From an uncultured Gammaproteobacteria bacterium (lineage in GTDB: Bacteria; Patescibacteriota; Microgenomatia; UBA10105; UBA927): a stretch of 64,000 bases of DNA. Under the pieces are notes generated by a model. It worked only from the letters and a program-made list of their open reading frames with translations, had not been told where the DNA came from and made no database searches. The stretch lies in assembly GCA_964553825.1 (NCBI GenBank), contig CAZKLT010000004.1, forward strand, positions 3,137-67,136, given 5' to 3'. The translations under genes were made by a program, and so were the position numbers. Below, piece by piece: positions 1 to 8,651 of the stretch; the stretch's first letter is position 1, and the number at the start of each line of letters is the position of its first letter.

Positions 1-1091
1 CAGGTGGTGCGGCCAAAGTAAAGGAGTATCCAGAAGAAGAAAAGATACGCAAATGGTGCATATGCACCGGTAAGGGCGATCAGCGCACCCGCCAGGATCA
101 AATACGTGAGGACGGGAAGCCGTCCAAAATCAAACAGATCGCCGTTAAAGAGTCTGATAATGATTTCCTTGGCACCATAGGAATCAAATTTCCAAACAGG
201 ATCCCAGAATGAGATATTGTGGTAGTCACCATGGATAAGGATGGGCACGATCCAGTAGGCAAGGATGATCCCAACAGCCCCTAACAGAATACCAAGTCGT
301 ACGCCCATAGTTCCTAAGGGTGAAATCATACCCTTCCAATCCGAAAGCAGGATCGCGTGGAAGCAGGGTGCTATGGCAAGGGCGCCAATACTGAGAAACG
401 CCATAACGCCCAGGCCCAGGTGTCCACCCGTTGTTGCGGCAAGGAAAAAGATCGCCGGGATTGCCAGCGAGATTGGGTGTTTTTTTGTGATCGCGGAAGT
501 GAGATATCGATATGCATACGCGATGGCCAGAGGAAGCCAGATCATCGCAAACAGTTGGCTGCTGAGGCCATATCCGCGCCAGAGGAATGACGGCGGATCA
601 AGACCGTACAAGCCATCTGTTGATAGTTGGGAGGCGAGAAGTGCTCCGATACCCTGTGCCAGCGGCGAAAGTCCGATGACCCGAAGCGCAAGATAGACAG
701 AAACCGGAAACAGGCTTAAGAGAAGATAAATAATGATGTGGTAATACGAGTATAAGGAAAGTGCCGGGAGAAACACGTGTAAAAATCTCCATGTCGTCAC
801 GACGGCGATTTGCGGAATATGGGAATAGTAGTAGGGGAGATTATACCCCTCAGCCCAGTTGGGGACCCAATGGTCCACAAGGAGTGAAAGACCACAGAAT
901 GGCTTGAACGGCCATGAACAATTTTGTTGTGCATAGTCCCATATTTGGTTTGTCCGGTCAACGAGAGCGAATTGGAAGGTATTGTCATTTGGGTCTATGT
1001 GTGCCGTCGGTTCCAGACGATAGAGCCACAGGTTAAACGCTATGGAGGCGATAAGCAGTAGAAATGCCAAATAGTGATCCAATTTTCTCAT
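1..1091 (-). CDS. Multi-pass membrane protein, GT-C/YfhO- or PTPS-related-like (partial, runs off the left edge)
   Basis: Absent from the ORF track because it is truncated. Read manually from ATG 1091: MRKLDHYLAFLLLIASIAFNLWLYRLEPTAHIDPNDNTFQFALVDR...DHWVPNWAEGYNLPYYYSHIPQ, followed by hydrophobic segments. The W.PNW..GY.L..YY motif is typical of YfhO/PTPS-related membrane glycosyltransferase-like proteins. Confidence 0.7.
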   Translation of the reverse strand, partial: MRKLDHYLAFLLLIASIAFNLWLYRLEPTAHIDPNDNTFQFALVDRTNQIWDYAQQNCSWPFKPFCGLSLLVDHWVPNWAEGYNLPYYYSHIPQIAVVTTWRFLHVFLPALSLYSYYHIIIYLLLSLFPVSVYLALRVIGLSPLAQGIGALLASQLSTDGLYGLDPPSFLWRGYGLSSQLFAMIWLPLAIAYAYRYLTSAITKKHPISLAIPAIFFLAATTGGHLGLGVMAFLSIGALAIAPCFHAILLSDWKGMISPLGTMGVRLGILLGAVGIILAYWIVPILIHGDYHNISFWDPVWKFDSYGAKEIIIRLFNGDLFDFGRLPVLTYLILAGALIALTGAYAPFAYLFFFWILLYFGRTT

Positions 1092-1097
1092 AGAATT

Positions 1098-1124
1098 TGT
1101 CATTCCAGCGAACGCTGGAATCCA
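1098..1124. repeat. REP-like hairpin, left end of the GIY-YIG cassette
   Basis: TGTCATTCCAGCGAACGCTGGAATCCA, with internal palindrome ATTCCAGCG-AA-CGCTGGAAT. Confidence 0.8.
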
Positions 1125-1130
1125 CTACTT

Positions 1131-1421
1131 TCAAATAAGCGTTTCATACAAATCATCCCATGTAGGATTTCTCCCCACAATGAGATCTATTTTCCAATCA
1201 CGTTTCCACCATTTTAATTGTTTCTCCCTTTGAATTGCTGCAGTGACGTTTGTATAGATTTCATAATAAACGAGCCTATGAATTTTGTATTTTTTGGTGA
1301 ATCCTGACAGTAATTCATATTTATGTTGCACGAGTCTTCTTCCAAGGTTATTAGTAACACCGATGTATAACGTACCATTCCTTTTGTTTGCAAGAATATA
1401 TACAAAATAATGCTTGACCAT
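1131..1421 (-). CDS. Small GIY-YIG nuclease (UPF0213/YhbQ-like)
   Basis: YFVYILANKRNGTLYIGVTNNLGRRL..H...GFTKKY.IHRLVYYE......AIQREKQLK.W.R.WK..LI...NP.W.DL. Likely start ATG 1421; the track ORF is 1131..1442. More AT-rich than its neighbours. Confidence 0.93.
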   Translation of the reverse strand: MVKHYFVYILANKRNGTLYIGVTNNLGRRLVQHKYELLSGFTKKYKIHRLVYYEIYTNVTAAIQREKQLKWWKRDWKIDLIVGRNPTWDDLYETLI

Positions 1422-1427
1422 ATGACA

Positions 1428-1455
1428 TGGATTCCGGATCAAGCCCGGAATGACA
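1428..1455. repeat. REP-like hairpin, right end of the GIY-YIG cassette (inverted relative to the left end)
   Basis: TGGATTCCGGATCAAGCCCGGAATGACA. Its reverse complement TGTCATTCCGGGCTTGATCCGGAATCCA shares both ends (TGTCATTCC...GGAATCCA) with the 1098-1124 element. Confidence 0.8.
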
Positions 1456-1460
1456 GGGCA

Positions 1461-3299
1461 TTATGGATACAGATAGGTATTAAGCCAGTCTGCATGATCG
1501 TCGGTGTTCCCGTCCCCGCCATCGGTAACGACGAGTTCCAGCGTGTCCACCCCGGTAATGTCGATCTGTGCATGTCTTGGGTATTCAAATCGTTTCACCA
1601 GCGGTGACTGGAATAAGAGTTTCCCGTCGCCGTATACTTCAAACACGACGCTTCCCTGCGGGCCGCCATTGGTGTCTACCCCGTAGTCAGTTGAAAGCCG
1701 GGAGAATTTGCCGTTGATATGATACACATCCCGCGCCGGAGCATGCGTGCCGATGCCCGTGTGATAGAAGGCGTATTGGACGGAGAGGGGCGACCATTTA
1801 TCAAACCCAAATCCGGCATTGGCCGGCATATTTATCTGCCTGCTGCCGTATCCTGCCACCGCGCTCACGGGGGTGATGGTTGCCAGAGCTACCGGTTTTT
1901 TCCGGATAAGCGGCATATTGGCGCCAATGAGCGAGAGCACGAGCAGTGCAACGGTCGCCGGAAGCACCATTCCGGCAATTTTCGACGTTCGGACGAGGAA
2001 TCCAAGAAAGGTAAAGAAAAGTACGGTCAGTGCGAGCGAAGCGGTGATCGTAAGAAACGGAGTATTGAGGGCGGTAAGTATAGGAATGCCGTTTTTGGGA
2101 TAATTGACGATCAGCGCAGTGTGAAGGTTATAAAAATAGATGACGGTATAGGCGAGATAGAATGCAGAAAAGAGTTTGAGATTCCGAAGAGATTCCTGGT
2201 GGGATTTGGCAGACAGAAAAAAGCTTGCCCAAAGAAGCAGGAATATCGAGAGCGGAAACGCGTAGCGGTCATGGGATTGTGTTTGGAAAAGGAAAAAAGC
2301 GCTATTTACCACAATAAGCGATTCAAGAAACCCCTTCAGAAGGAAGGACTTGGCAGTTGTCCGTATGCCTTCCAGCCACTGTCTGACGGTCGTAAATAAG
2401 TACAATGAGCTGAAAACCCACAGGCCAACGGTTTTTGCATTTACCATGCCGATGGCCAGTACTTTATCGGATAAGCCCATACCGCGGGCGCCTGAGAATA
2501 TCCACCAGGGATTATAGGCATTGAGAGACAGCCAGGGGAAATAGTCGTAATTGCCGACAATGGAGGCCATAATGCGCCAGGATTGACGTGCAAGAATGAA
2601 TTCGAAATTGAGGCCGACAAATGCAGCAAGAGCACTTCCGACAGTTGTTACCAAGCCGGGAAGCCCATAGAGTTGCCACGCAAACAGGAAGAAGACCGGG
2701 CCATAGATCATGTTTTGGAGCTTCGTCATCATGGCTACCATATAAAATATGCCAGCCCACGCAAGCCGGCGTTCCAAAAGAAGGACGAGTGCGATAAGAA
2801 ACAGAAACACGCCGACACTGTCTATCTGTCCCCAGAGGGCGCCATCAATGAGGCTAATGGGACTCAGGAGATACACGATGCCGATAAGTTCCCAATAGGA
2901 AAGTTCCCAGAGGGTGAATGGTGCAACAGGAAAGCCAAGTCGCTTGGCGTTTTTCCCCATATAGAGGAATATTCCGAGAATCCCGAAATCTGCAGCAATC
3001 GGGAACAGCTTGGAGATGGTCAGAAAAAGGAGATTTGTATTTTTCCACATCTCATTGAAATTATGCGGGTCGGCAAACCACGTATAGATCCACACCATGA
3101 AGGCAAGGACGTAGGCAAACGGGGTAGGGTAGTTAAAGTTGGTGAGCGGGAGTCCTTCGATGACGCCATGATCGAGAACAGCCATGCCCCAGGATTTCCA
3201 GAACGATACATCCGCCTCAAAGCCGGGGTTAGGTATCAGGACAAGCCGGGCCAAAAATGCCAGACCCAGAAGAAGGTAAAAAAGAAGCGGCCGTTTCAT
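1461..3299 (-). CDS. GT-C-type membrane glycosyltransferase (mannosyltransferase-like) with C-terminal NPCBM carbohydrate-binding domain
   Basis: 612 aa with many TM segments, D...W..W, NYP, 'WGQIDS', 'K.Q' and 'HDRY.FP'. The C-terminus GIGTHA...VVFEVYGDGK.L.....GV..LELVVTDGGDGN..DHADW is the NPCBM signature. Confidence 0.8.
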   Translation of the reverse strand: MKRPLLFYLLLGLAFLARLVLIPNPGFEADVSFWKSWGMAVLDHGVIEGLPLTNFNYPTPFAYVLAFMVWIYTWFADPHNFNEMWKNTNLLFLTISKLFPIAADFGILGIFLYMGKNAKRLGFPVAPFTLWELSYWELIGIVYLLSPISLIDGALWGQIDSVGVFLFLIALVLLLERRLAWAGIFYMVAMMTKLQNMIYGPVFFLFAWQLYGLPGLVTTVGSALAAFVGLNFEFILARQSWRIMASIVGNYDYFPWLSLNAYNPWWIFSGARGMGLSDKVLAIGMVNAKTVGLWVFSSLYLFTTVRQWLEGIRTTAKSFLLKGFLESLIVVNSAFFLFQTQSHDRYAFPLSIFLLLWASFFLSAKSHQESLRNLKLFSAFYLAYTVIYFYNLHTALIVNYPKNGIPILTALNTPFLTITASLALTVLFFTFLGFLVRTSKIAGMVLPATVALLVLSLIGANMPLIRKKPVALATITPVSAVAGYGSRQINMPANAGFGFDKWSPLSVQYAFYHTGIGTHAPARDVYHINGKFSRLSTDYGVDTNGGPQGSVVFEVYGDGKLLFQSPLVKRFEYPRHAQIDITGVDTLELVVTDGGDGNTDDHADWLNTYLYP

Positions 3300-3946
3300 T
3301 GAGAATTCCAGGTAACCGAATCAACGATTGCGTCAAATGTCGCTTTGGGCAGGGGGCCATTGGCCAGATGAATCACATACTGACCGTCAGGGGACACAAT
3401 GAAGACATCATCGTTTGGTGTTTGACCTGCCGTGTTTTTGTATTTGGCTTTGTAGCCGGTCAGGCCGGCCGTGTTGGTAAATGCACTGATTTGGGAAACG
3501 CCGGTCAGGCCGCTAAACTGTTTCCACCAGGCTTCCACGTACGCGCGCTTGTTTCCCTTGAGATGTTTTTTCAATTCTTCCGTGCGGTTAAGATCGTCTA
3601 CCCCGATGAGGACATTTTGTTCCGGCGGCTGATTATTGATGGACAGTGCGTAGATATCATACGGATCATTGGGGAACGTGACGAGCTTCAGCGTGTCCGG
3701 GGCCTCAAAGGTATACGGATAGATACGTCCCTTTACCGTTACCTTTCCGTCAGACGACGGGACAATAATTGGTTGGGAGGCAGCGGGCTGCACGGTGGGT
3801 GTGACGCCCAGGTACGTCCCTCCCGCAGGAAGGACGATCGTGCCGGATTTTTGGAAGGCGAGATTGTGCTGAAAAACGACAAAAAGGATAAGACTCGCGC
3901 TTACCATGCAGGTGATAAGGAGGGTATTTTTCATGGGCCGGTTCAT
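3296..3946 (-). CDS. Signal-anchored hypothetical protein
   Basis: 216-aa ORF (start may be Met5) with an N-terminal hydrophobic helix and a Pro/Thr linker. Overlaps the start of the downstream gene by 4 bp. Confidence 0.7.
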   Translation of the reverse strand: MNRPMKNTLLITCMVSASLILFVVFQHNLAFQKSGTIVLPAGGTYLGVTPTVQPAASQPIIVPSSDGKVTVKGRIYPYTFEAPDTLKLVTFPNDPYDIYALSINNQPPEQNVLIGVDDLNRTEELKKHLKGNKRAYVEAWWKQFSGLTGVSQISAFTNTAGLTGYKAKYKNTAGQTPNDDVFIVSPDGQYVIHLANGPLPKATFDAIVDSVTWNSQ

Positions 3947-4141
3947 TGTACCATAGCAAATTTTGGGCTATACTACGGGCTATTCGCTCTATGTATCCCA
4001 AAAGCGGGATGTCCAATATAGCGTTTGTAGCACATTGAAAGTATTGGGGACAAGGGGCCGGGAAGGCGGTGCAAAAACTATCATGCGTGATGGCTTTTGT
4101 GCCGCCTTTAATGGTTCCCGTGAGACGGAGAGCGCAGACGT

Positions 4142-4369
4142 GTGTCGACGCTTGGCAAATACATTCGCCCGGAGGAAGCGATGAAGACTGTACGGACAAG
4201 AGTGGGTAGAGTATTGGGATTCTTACTGTTTCTGGGAGGGGCAGGATCGCTGTGTTTTTCCATGGAATGGGCAACCGAGATAGGCAATGCAACGCCTATC
4301 GTCGCGAGTGTCATCATAGGACTCGTCGGTGCGTTTATGGCCATGGGCAAGCAAAAGCAGAATGTCTAA
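4142..4369 (+). CDS. Small two-TM membrane protein
   Basis: 75 aa (start may be ATG 4181 after GGAGG) with two hydrophobic helices. Similar in layout to the next ORF. Confidence 0.5.
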   Translation: MSTLGKYIRPEEAMKTVRTRVGRVLGFLLFLGGAGSLCFSMEWATEIGNATPIVASVIIGLVGAFMAMGKQKQNV

Positions 4370-4375
4370 AACGCC

Positions 4376-4576
4376 ATGAATCGATTACGAGACGTACTGC
4401 AGGGACCACTGGCGCGAATATTTGGTTTCATCTGCTTTGTAACGAGTGCATGCGGGTGCTCGATTACGGCTGATATGACCGTGAATCACGGCGGCAGTTT
4501 CCTGCCGACACTGCTTCTGTTCATCCTTGCGATGATCAGCGGTGTTGTCATGCTGGGACCGCCACGCTCGTCATAA
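4376..4576 (+). CDS. Small two-TM membrane protein
   Basis: 66 aa with two hydrophobic helices, starting just after the previous ORF. Confidence 0.5.
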   Translation: MNRLRDVLQGPLARIFGFICFVTSACGCSITADMTVNHGGSFLPTLLLFILAMISGVVMLGPPRSS

Positions 4577-4714
4577 AGATAACCAAACCCACCCCAATGC
4601 AAGGCTCTAGAATACTGTAACTGGCGAGAGCCGGTGTTTTTTCCTCCCTTAAACACTCATAGCCGGTTACTTTTTTCCGTTGTCGATAACTCGCCTTCAT
4701 AGTAGACTAGACAG

Positions 4715-6394
4715 GTGAGAATTTCGAAAAAAAGCGTTGTCATTGGGCTTATTCTTTTTTTTGTCCTGTTTTCGTTTGCCCCGACGTTTTATGAGTGGCA
4801 TGCGCGCTTTCGCATTCATGACGATCGGTATTTTGAGCTGGTGCATAATTTTCCGACTGATTACAATCTCTACCTTTCCCGTATCCGGCAGGGGAAAGAG
4901 GGGGCCTGGCTGGCGACCGAAAAATATACCTCAGAACCGCATGCGGGCAGCTTGAGTCAGATTCTGTATGTAATTATCGGTAGACTTGCCCATTTTTCTC
5001 ATGTTCAGACGCCTTATGTCTGGTTTGCGTATCACGTTGCGCGTGCATTTTTTGCGGCACTGTTGCTGTTCGTCATTTGGAAGGTGTGCGAGTGGGCATT
5101 TGCCAAATCCGGTGAACCGTGGCAAATACTTGCGTTTCTATTGGTTGTGACTGCATCAACATGGCCCAAATTTGAGACGGTCGCCGGTTGGCCGCGGTTT
5201 GGAGGATATATGCCGTGGTACACCATGGCAGACAGTCTTCAGAGAACAACGTTTATGCCCCACGTGACCCTCGCCCAAGGACTTTTGGCGTTTATCATTC
5301 TGGTGTTCAGCGGCGGCGTTGTGACAAAAATTATTCCGGCCAACTGGGTGTTTCTCGGAGTTTTTGGTATTGTCCTTGGCATCGTATTTCCTCCGGGCCT
5401 CATGTTTCTGTATGGAGTTCTTGCGTTTGTGTCCGCAACTGAGCTTCTTATCGTGAAAAAGAAAAAAGGCTGGATACATGAATGGTTCGTCAGGGATTTT
5501 TACGGGAGACTCATATTTGGTATTCTGACCATCCCGACGTTTATCTATTACGCACTGCTTTTGGGGAAGTATCCGTGGAAACGACTCGTTGAATTTGACG
5601 TGCTGCACCCGACCAAATTCTCCTACATGGAATATTTTCTGGCTGTGGGCCCCGTGTTGCCGCTTGGGCTTATCGCCATCATCGTACTTCTGCTGGGGAA
5701 AAAGAAAGAGGCATGGGAACGGTTAAAATATTTCGTTATCTGGGTCGTGGCGTGGTTATTTTTTATGTTTCTGTTTAACCAGATACCCCAGCAATCACCG
5801 ACCCGGTTTACCCAGATGGCGCCGCATATTCCCTTGGGAATTCTTGCCGTGTGGCTCTTCACCCAACTGGCGGGGCGTTTCCGTCACGCGATGGTCGTGC
5901 CGATTGCCATCGTGTTTCTGGCGCTGGGAAGCATGGCATCTTCCTATATGTGGCTCAAGGATTTTGTGGATCACAAACTGCGGGCAACGCTGCCAATCGT
6001 GCCATCGGGAGCACAGGTGATGTATCCGATGCGGGAGATTATCGACGGACTAACCTGGCTTCAGATATATACGCCGAGAAAATCCGTGGTTCTCACCGCG
6101 ATGACGACCGGAAATTATGTCCCGGTCTACGCCGGCAATACGGCGTTTGTCGGTCATGCCAATACCGTGCAACTAGAAGAAAAACTCATAGCAGCCCAGC
6201 AGTTTTATGCAGGCCGTATGGGAACGCCTGAAGGTATGAAATGGCTTGCCGCCAATGGAATTTCGTATGTATTTTTCGGCTTTGAGGAGCGGGAATGGGC
6301 GCAGGGTGTTCAGGATCTTCGCAGCATCTATCCGGCCCTTGAGCTTGTGAACGAATCGCCCAATGTGAAGATATACAAAGTGCCGGGCAATTAG
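4715..6394 (+). CDS. Multi-pass membrane protein, GT-C-like
   Basis: 559 aa with about 11 TM segments, D...Y.S..RQG..G.WL....YT.EPH and a C-terminal soluble domain (GH...T....K; I.YV..G..E). Confidence 0.75.
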   Translation: MRISKKSVVIGLILFFVLFSFAPTFYEWHARFRIHDDRYFELVHNFPTDYNLYLSRIRQGKEGAWLATEKYTSEPHAGSLSQILYVIIGRLAHFSHVQTPYVWFAYHVARAFFAALLLFVIWKVCEWAFAKSGEPWQILAFLLVVTASTWPKFETVAGWPRFGGYMPWYTMADSLQRTTFMPHVTLAQGLLAFIILVFSGGVVTKIIPANWVFLGVFGIVLGIVFPPGLMFLYGVLAFVSATELLIVKKKKGWIHEWFVRDFYGRLIFGILTIPTFIYYALLLGKYPWKRLVEFDVLHPTKFSYMEYFLAVGPVLPLGLIAIIVLLLGKKKEAWERLKYFVIWVVAWLFFMFLFNQIPQQSPTRFTQMAPHIPLGILAVWLFTQLAGRFRHAMVVPIAIVFLALGSMASSYMWLKDFVDHKLRATLPIVPSGAQVMYPMREIIDGLTWLQIYTPRKSVVLTAMTTGNYVPVYAGNTAFVGHANTVQLEEKLIAAQQFYAGRMGTPEGMKWLAANGISYVFFGFEEREWAQGVQDLRSIYPALELVNESPNVKIYKVPGN

Positions 6395-7095
6395 TTGGTT
6401 CTGAGGACCCGCTGTTGGATCCAGAGACGGAGCAATTCCCGAATCGTTATAAGAATCATAAGCGGATTGGCGCCCTTGGCGCGTCCGGTGGTGCGCGGGT
6501 AGTAGGGAACGGCCACTTCCGTGAATTTGTATCCGTTTTTCCAGGCTTTGTAGATGACCTCAGGTTCTATGAGCGCACTTCGGGGGACAGCCGTAATATC
6601 GATGGCGTTCAGCACCTGTCTGCGCCAGAGGATGCTTGTTGATATTTCCCGTAGTTGCACGCCGAACAATGTCCGATAGAGTGTGTGAAACACGTGGGAA
6701 TTGAGCTTGCGCATCCATGGCTCCGGATTGTTTTTGCGGTAGCCCACCACAACATCTGCATGATCGACTCTGTTGAGGAATAGTTCGCAGTCGGAAGCAT
6801 CGATTTGCCCGTCTGCGGGCAGGAGAAAAACGAGATCCTTGGAAGCCTTCGTATAGCAGGAGCGGATTGCCCCCGAAAATCCTTGGTTTTTCGGATGCCT
6901 GATAACTCTCAGTCCCTTATATTTCCTGGTTAAACCCGCCAGAATCCGCGGAGTTGCATCAGTCGATCCGTCGTCAACGACGAGTACTTCTGCGTTTGCG
7001 GCGAGCCGTTTTGCTGCGGCAAGAGCGGCCACGACGACGCGTTCGATTGAGCCCTCTTCGTTAAATGCCGGAATTGCGATGGTAAGGCTGTTCAT
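6391..7095 (-). CDS. Glycosyltransferase family 2 (DPM1-like)
   Basis: IPAFNEE, VVDDGSTD, HPKNQG, ADGQ and PY.PR..G motifs. Confidence 0.92.
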   Translation of the reverse strand: MNSLTIAIPAFNEEGSIERVVVAALAAAKRLAANAEVLVVDDGSTDATPRILAGLTRKYKGLRVIRHPKNQGFSGAIRSCYTKASKDLVFLLPADGQIDASDCELFLNRVDHADVVVGYRKNNPEPWMRKLNSHVFHTLYRTLFGVQLREISTSILWRRQVLNAIDITAVPRSALIEPEVIYKAWKNGYKFTEVAVPYYPRTTGRAKGANPLMILITIRELLRLWIQQRVLRTN

Positions 7096-7705
7096 GGATT
7101 TGATCGATTATAGCACGCAATTTTTGGGGAGCGGAAAGGATAATATCCGGGCAAAGCGCGCGCATGCGGGAGGCAGACAACAGCCCCCAGGATACGCCGA
7201 TGCTTGTGATGGAAAGCGCGCGGGCCGCGCCTACATCAGCGTCGGTATCTCCGACAACCGCAAGCGGCAGGGGAATAATCGTTGCAATAACCGGCGCTTT
7301 TTGGTCTCGCGGAGTCAGAACACGATGCTCGGGAAACCAGCGATCAAGACCAAGCGCCGCAAGCTGCGCCAGGAGTCTCATGCGCTGTTTGCGCAGTGTT
7401 ACCAGATAGGGCACATATTGACGAGAGATTTCCTCAATGGCGTGCACCATGCCGTCAAACGGTGTGTCAAGCGCAAGCAGTGCGGTGTCTTCAATGCGTG
7501 CACGGAAATGCGTAAGGAAGGCGTCTGATGCGGTATGCGGGATCGACCGCCCGTTTCGCCGTTTGGTCCAATACGATGTTCGGGACAGAGGGACATGTCC
7601 CATATCCGCAAGAATGGAACTATACAGTGTCCAGAAGCGACGATGAACATCCAAGATCGTTCCGTCCAGGTCAAATACTACTGCGGGGTGCGCATTTTCA
7701 GCCAT
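7061..7705 (-). CDS. HAD-family hydrolase/phosphatase
   Basis: Motif I FDLDGT and motif IV VGDT.AD. Confidence 0.9.
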   Translation of the reverse strand: MAENAHPAVVFDLDGTILDVHRRFWTLYSSILADMGHVPLSRTSYWTKRRNGRSIPHTASDAFLTHFRARIEDTALLALDTPFDGMVHAIEEISRQYVPYLVTLRKQRMRLLAQLAALGLDRWFPEHRVLTPRDQKAPVIATIIPLPLAVVGDTDADVGAARALSITSIGVSWGLLSASRMRALCPDIILSAPQKLRAIIDQIHEQPYHRNSGI

Positions 7706-8544
7706 AGGATTTCTTCTTCTATGTTATCAGGGAAGATGTATCGTGGAACAAAGGAAAGTTCGCGGCGCGCGCGGGCGATTGAATACACGAGATCATGCCG
7801 CTTTATCCGGCTGGGGATGGTGTAAATCGGCAATAAAGGATTGATGCGGTCACGGATGATCCGGGCAGCTGCTCCCACGGTGATTGCATGTCCGGTGCCG
7901 ATACAAAACAGACCGTTCGCCCGTTTGTCTATGGCCAGAAGAATCGCCCGTGCCGCGTCCTCCTTATGCAGATAGTCGCGTCTATTTTCGGGATTTTTCA
8001 CTTCTATGGTTTCGCCGGCAACGGCACGCGAAATGAAATTGGGAATGGCACGCGAGATCATATCTCCCGGACCATACATGGGTGAAAATCTGAGGACTGC
8101 AGTAGGGATACCCACGGATGTTCCGGCTTTGAGTATCAGCTGTTCTGATTTGAGCTTGCTTTTGCCGTACCATGTCGTCGGATGAACCGGGGTACGCTCG
8201 GTAATTTTTTTCGTGCGGGGGATTCGTCCGTATACCTCAATCGTACTTGCATAGAGCAGACCTTTGGCGTGTTGGCCGAATACCGCGATGAGATTCTGTG
8301 TCATGCGCATATTGGCGCCGAAGAGCATTCCCGTATCTTCGACTGCCTTCCGGGGAACAACTGCGGCAAGATGTACGATATAGTCGATTGCCGGGAATGC
8401 GTTTCGTGCGCGCTTCAGGCTCGCTCGATTTAACAGATCAAACCGCGGCCGGCGAAGTTCCCATATGTGATACCCGTTCTTTTCCAAGAGGCGGGTAACC
8501 GAAGGTCCCAAAAATCCCGTGCTTCCGGTGAGAAGGATATTCAT
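7678..8544 (-). CDS. NAD-dependent epimerase/dehydratase
   Basis: TGSTGFLG, HLAA, YGKSK (YxxxK) and RDYLH..D. Confidence 0.9.
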   Translation of the reverse strand: MNILLTGSTGFLGPSVTRLLEKNGYHIWELRRPRFDLLNRASLKRARNAFPAIDYIVHLAAVVPRKAVEDTGMLFGANMRMTQNLIAVFGQHAKGLLYASTIEVYGRIPRTKKITERTPVHPTTWYGKSKLKSEQLILKAGTSVGIPTAVLRFSPMYGPGDMISRAIPNFISRAVAGETIEVKNPENRRDYLHKEDAARAILLAIDKRANGLFCIGTGHAITVGAAARIIRDRINPLLPIYTIPSRIKRHDLVYSIARARRELSFVPRYIFPDNIEEEILWLKMRTPQ

Positions 8545-8558
8545 AACTGTTATATCGA

Positions 8559-8651
8559 TTTCTTTGATCGCGCAAAGAAACGGATGAAAGAAAGCGCGCC
8601 CACAGCGAAGATGTCCCTATGGTTCATCGTTTTGGAACACCTTCAAGCGGG
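8559..8651. repeat. Structured intergenic repeat, copy A (short)
   Basis: TTTCTTTG-ATCGCG-CAAAGAAA-N6-AAAGAAA-GCGCG, then a stem closed by CCCAC..GAAG / CTTC..GCGGG. Related to 9703 and 11025. Confidence 0.7.

Noticed and set aside
2583-4021. Long plus-strand ORFs 2583..3302 and 3257..4021
   Set aside because: They are antisense shadows of better-supported minus-strand genes and have no recognisable motifs.
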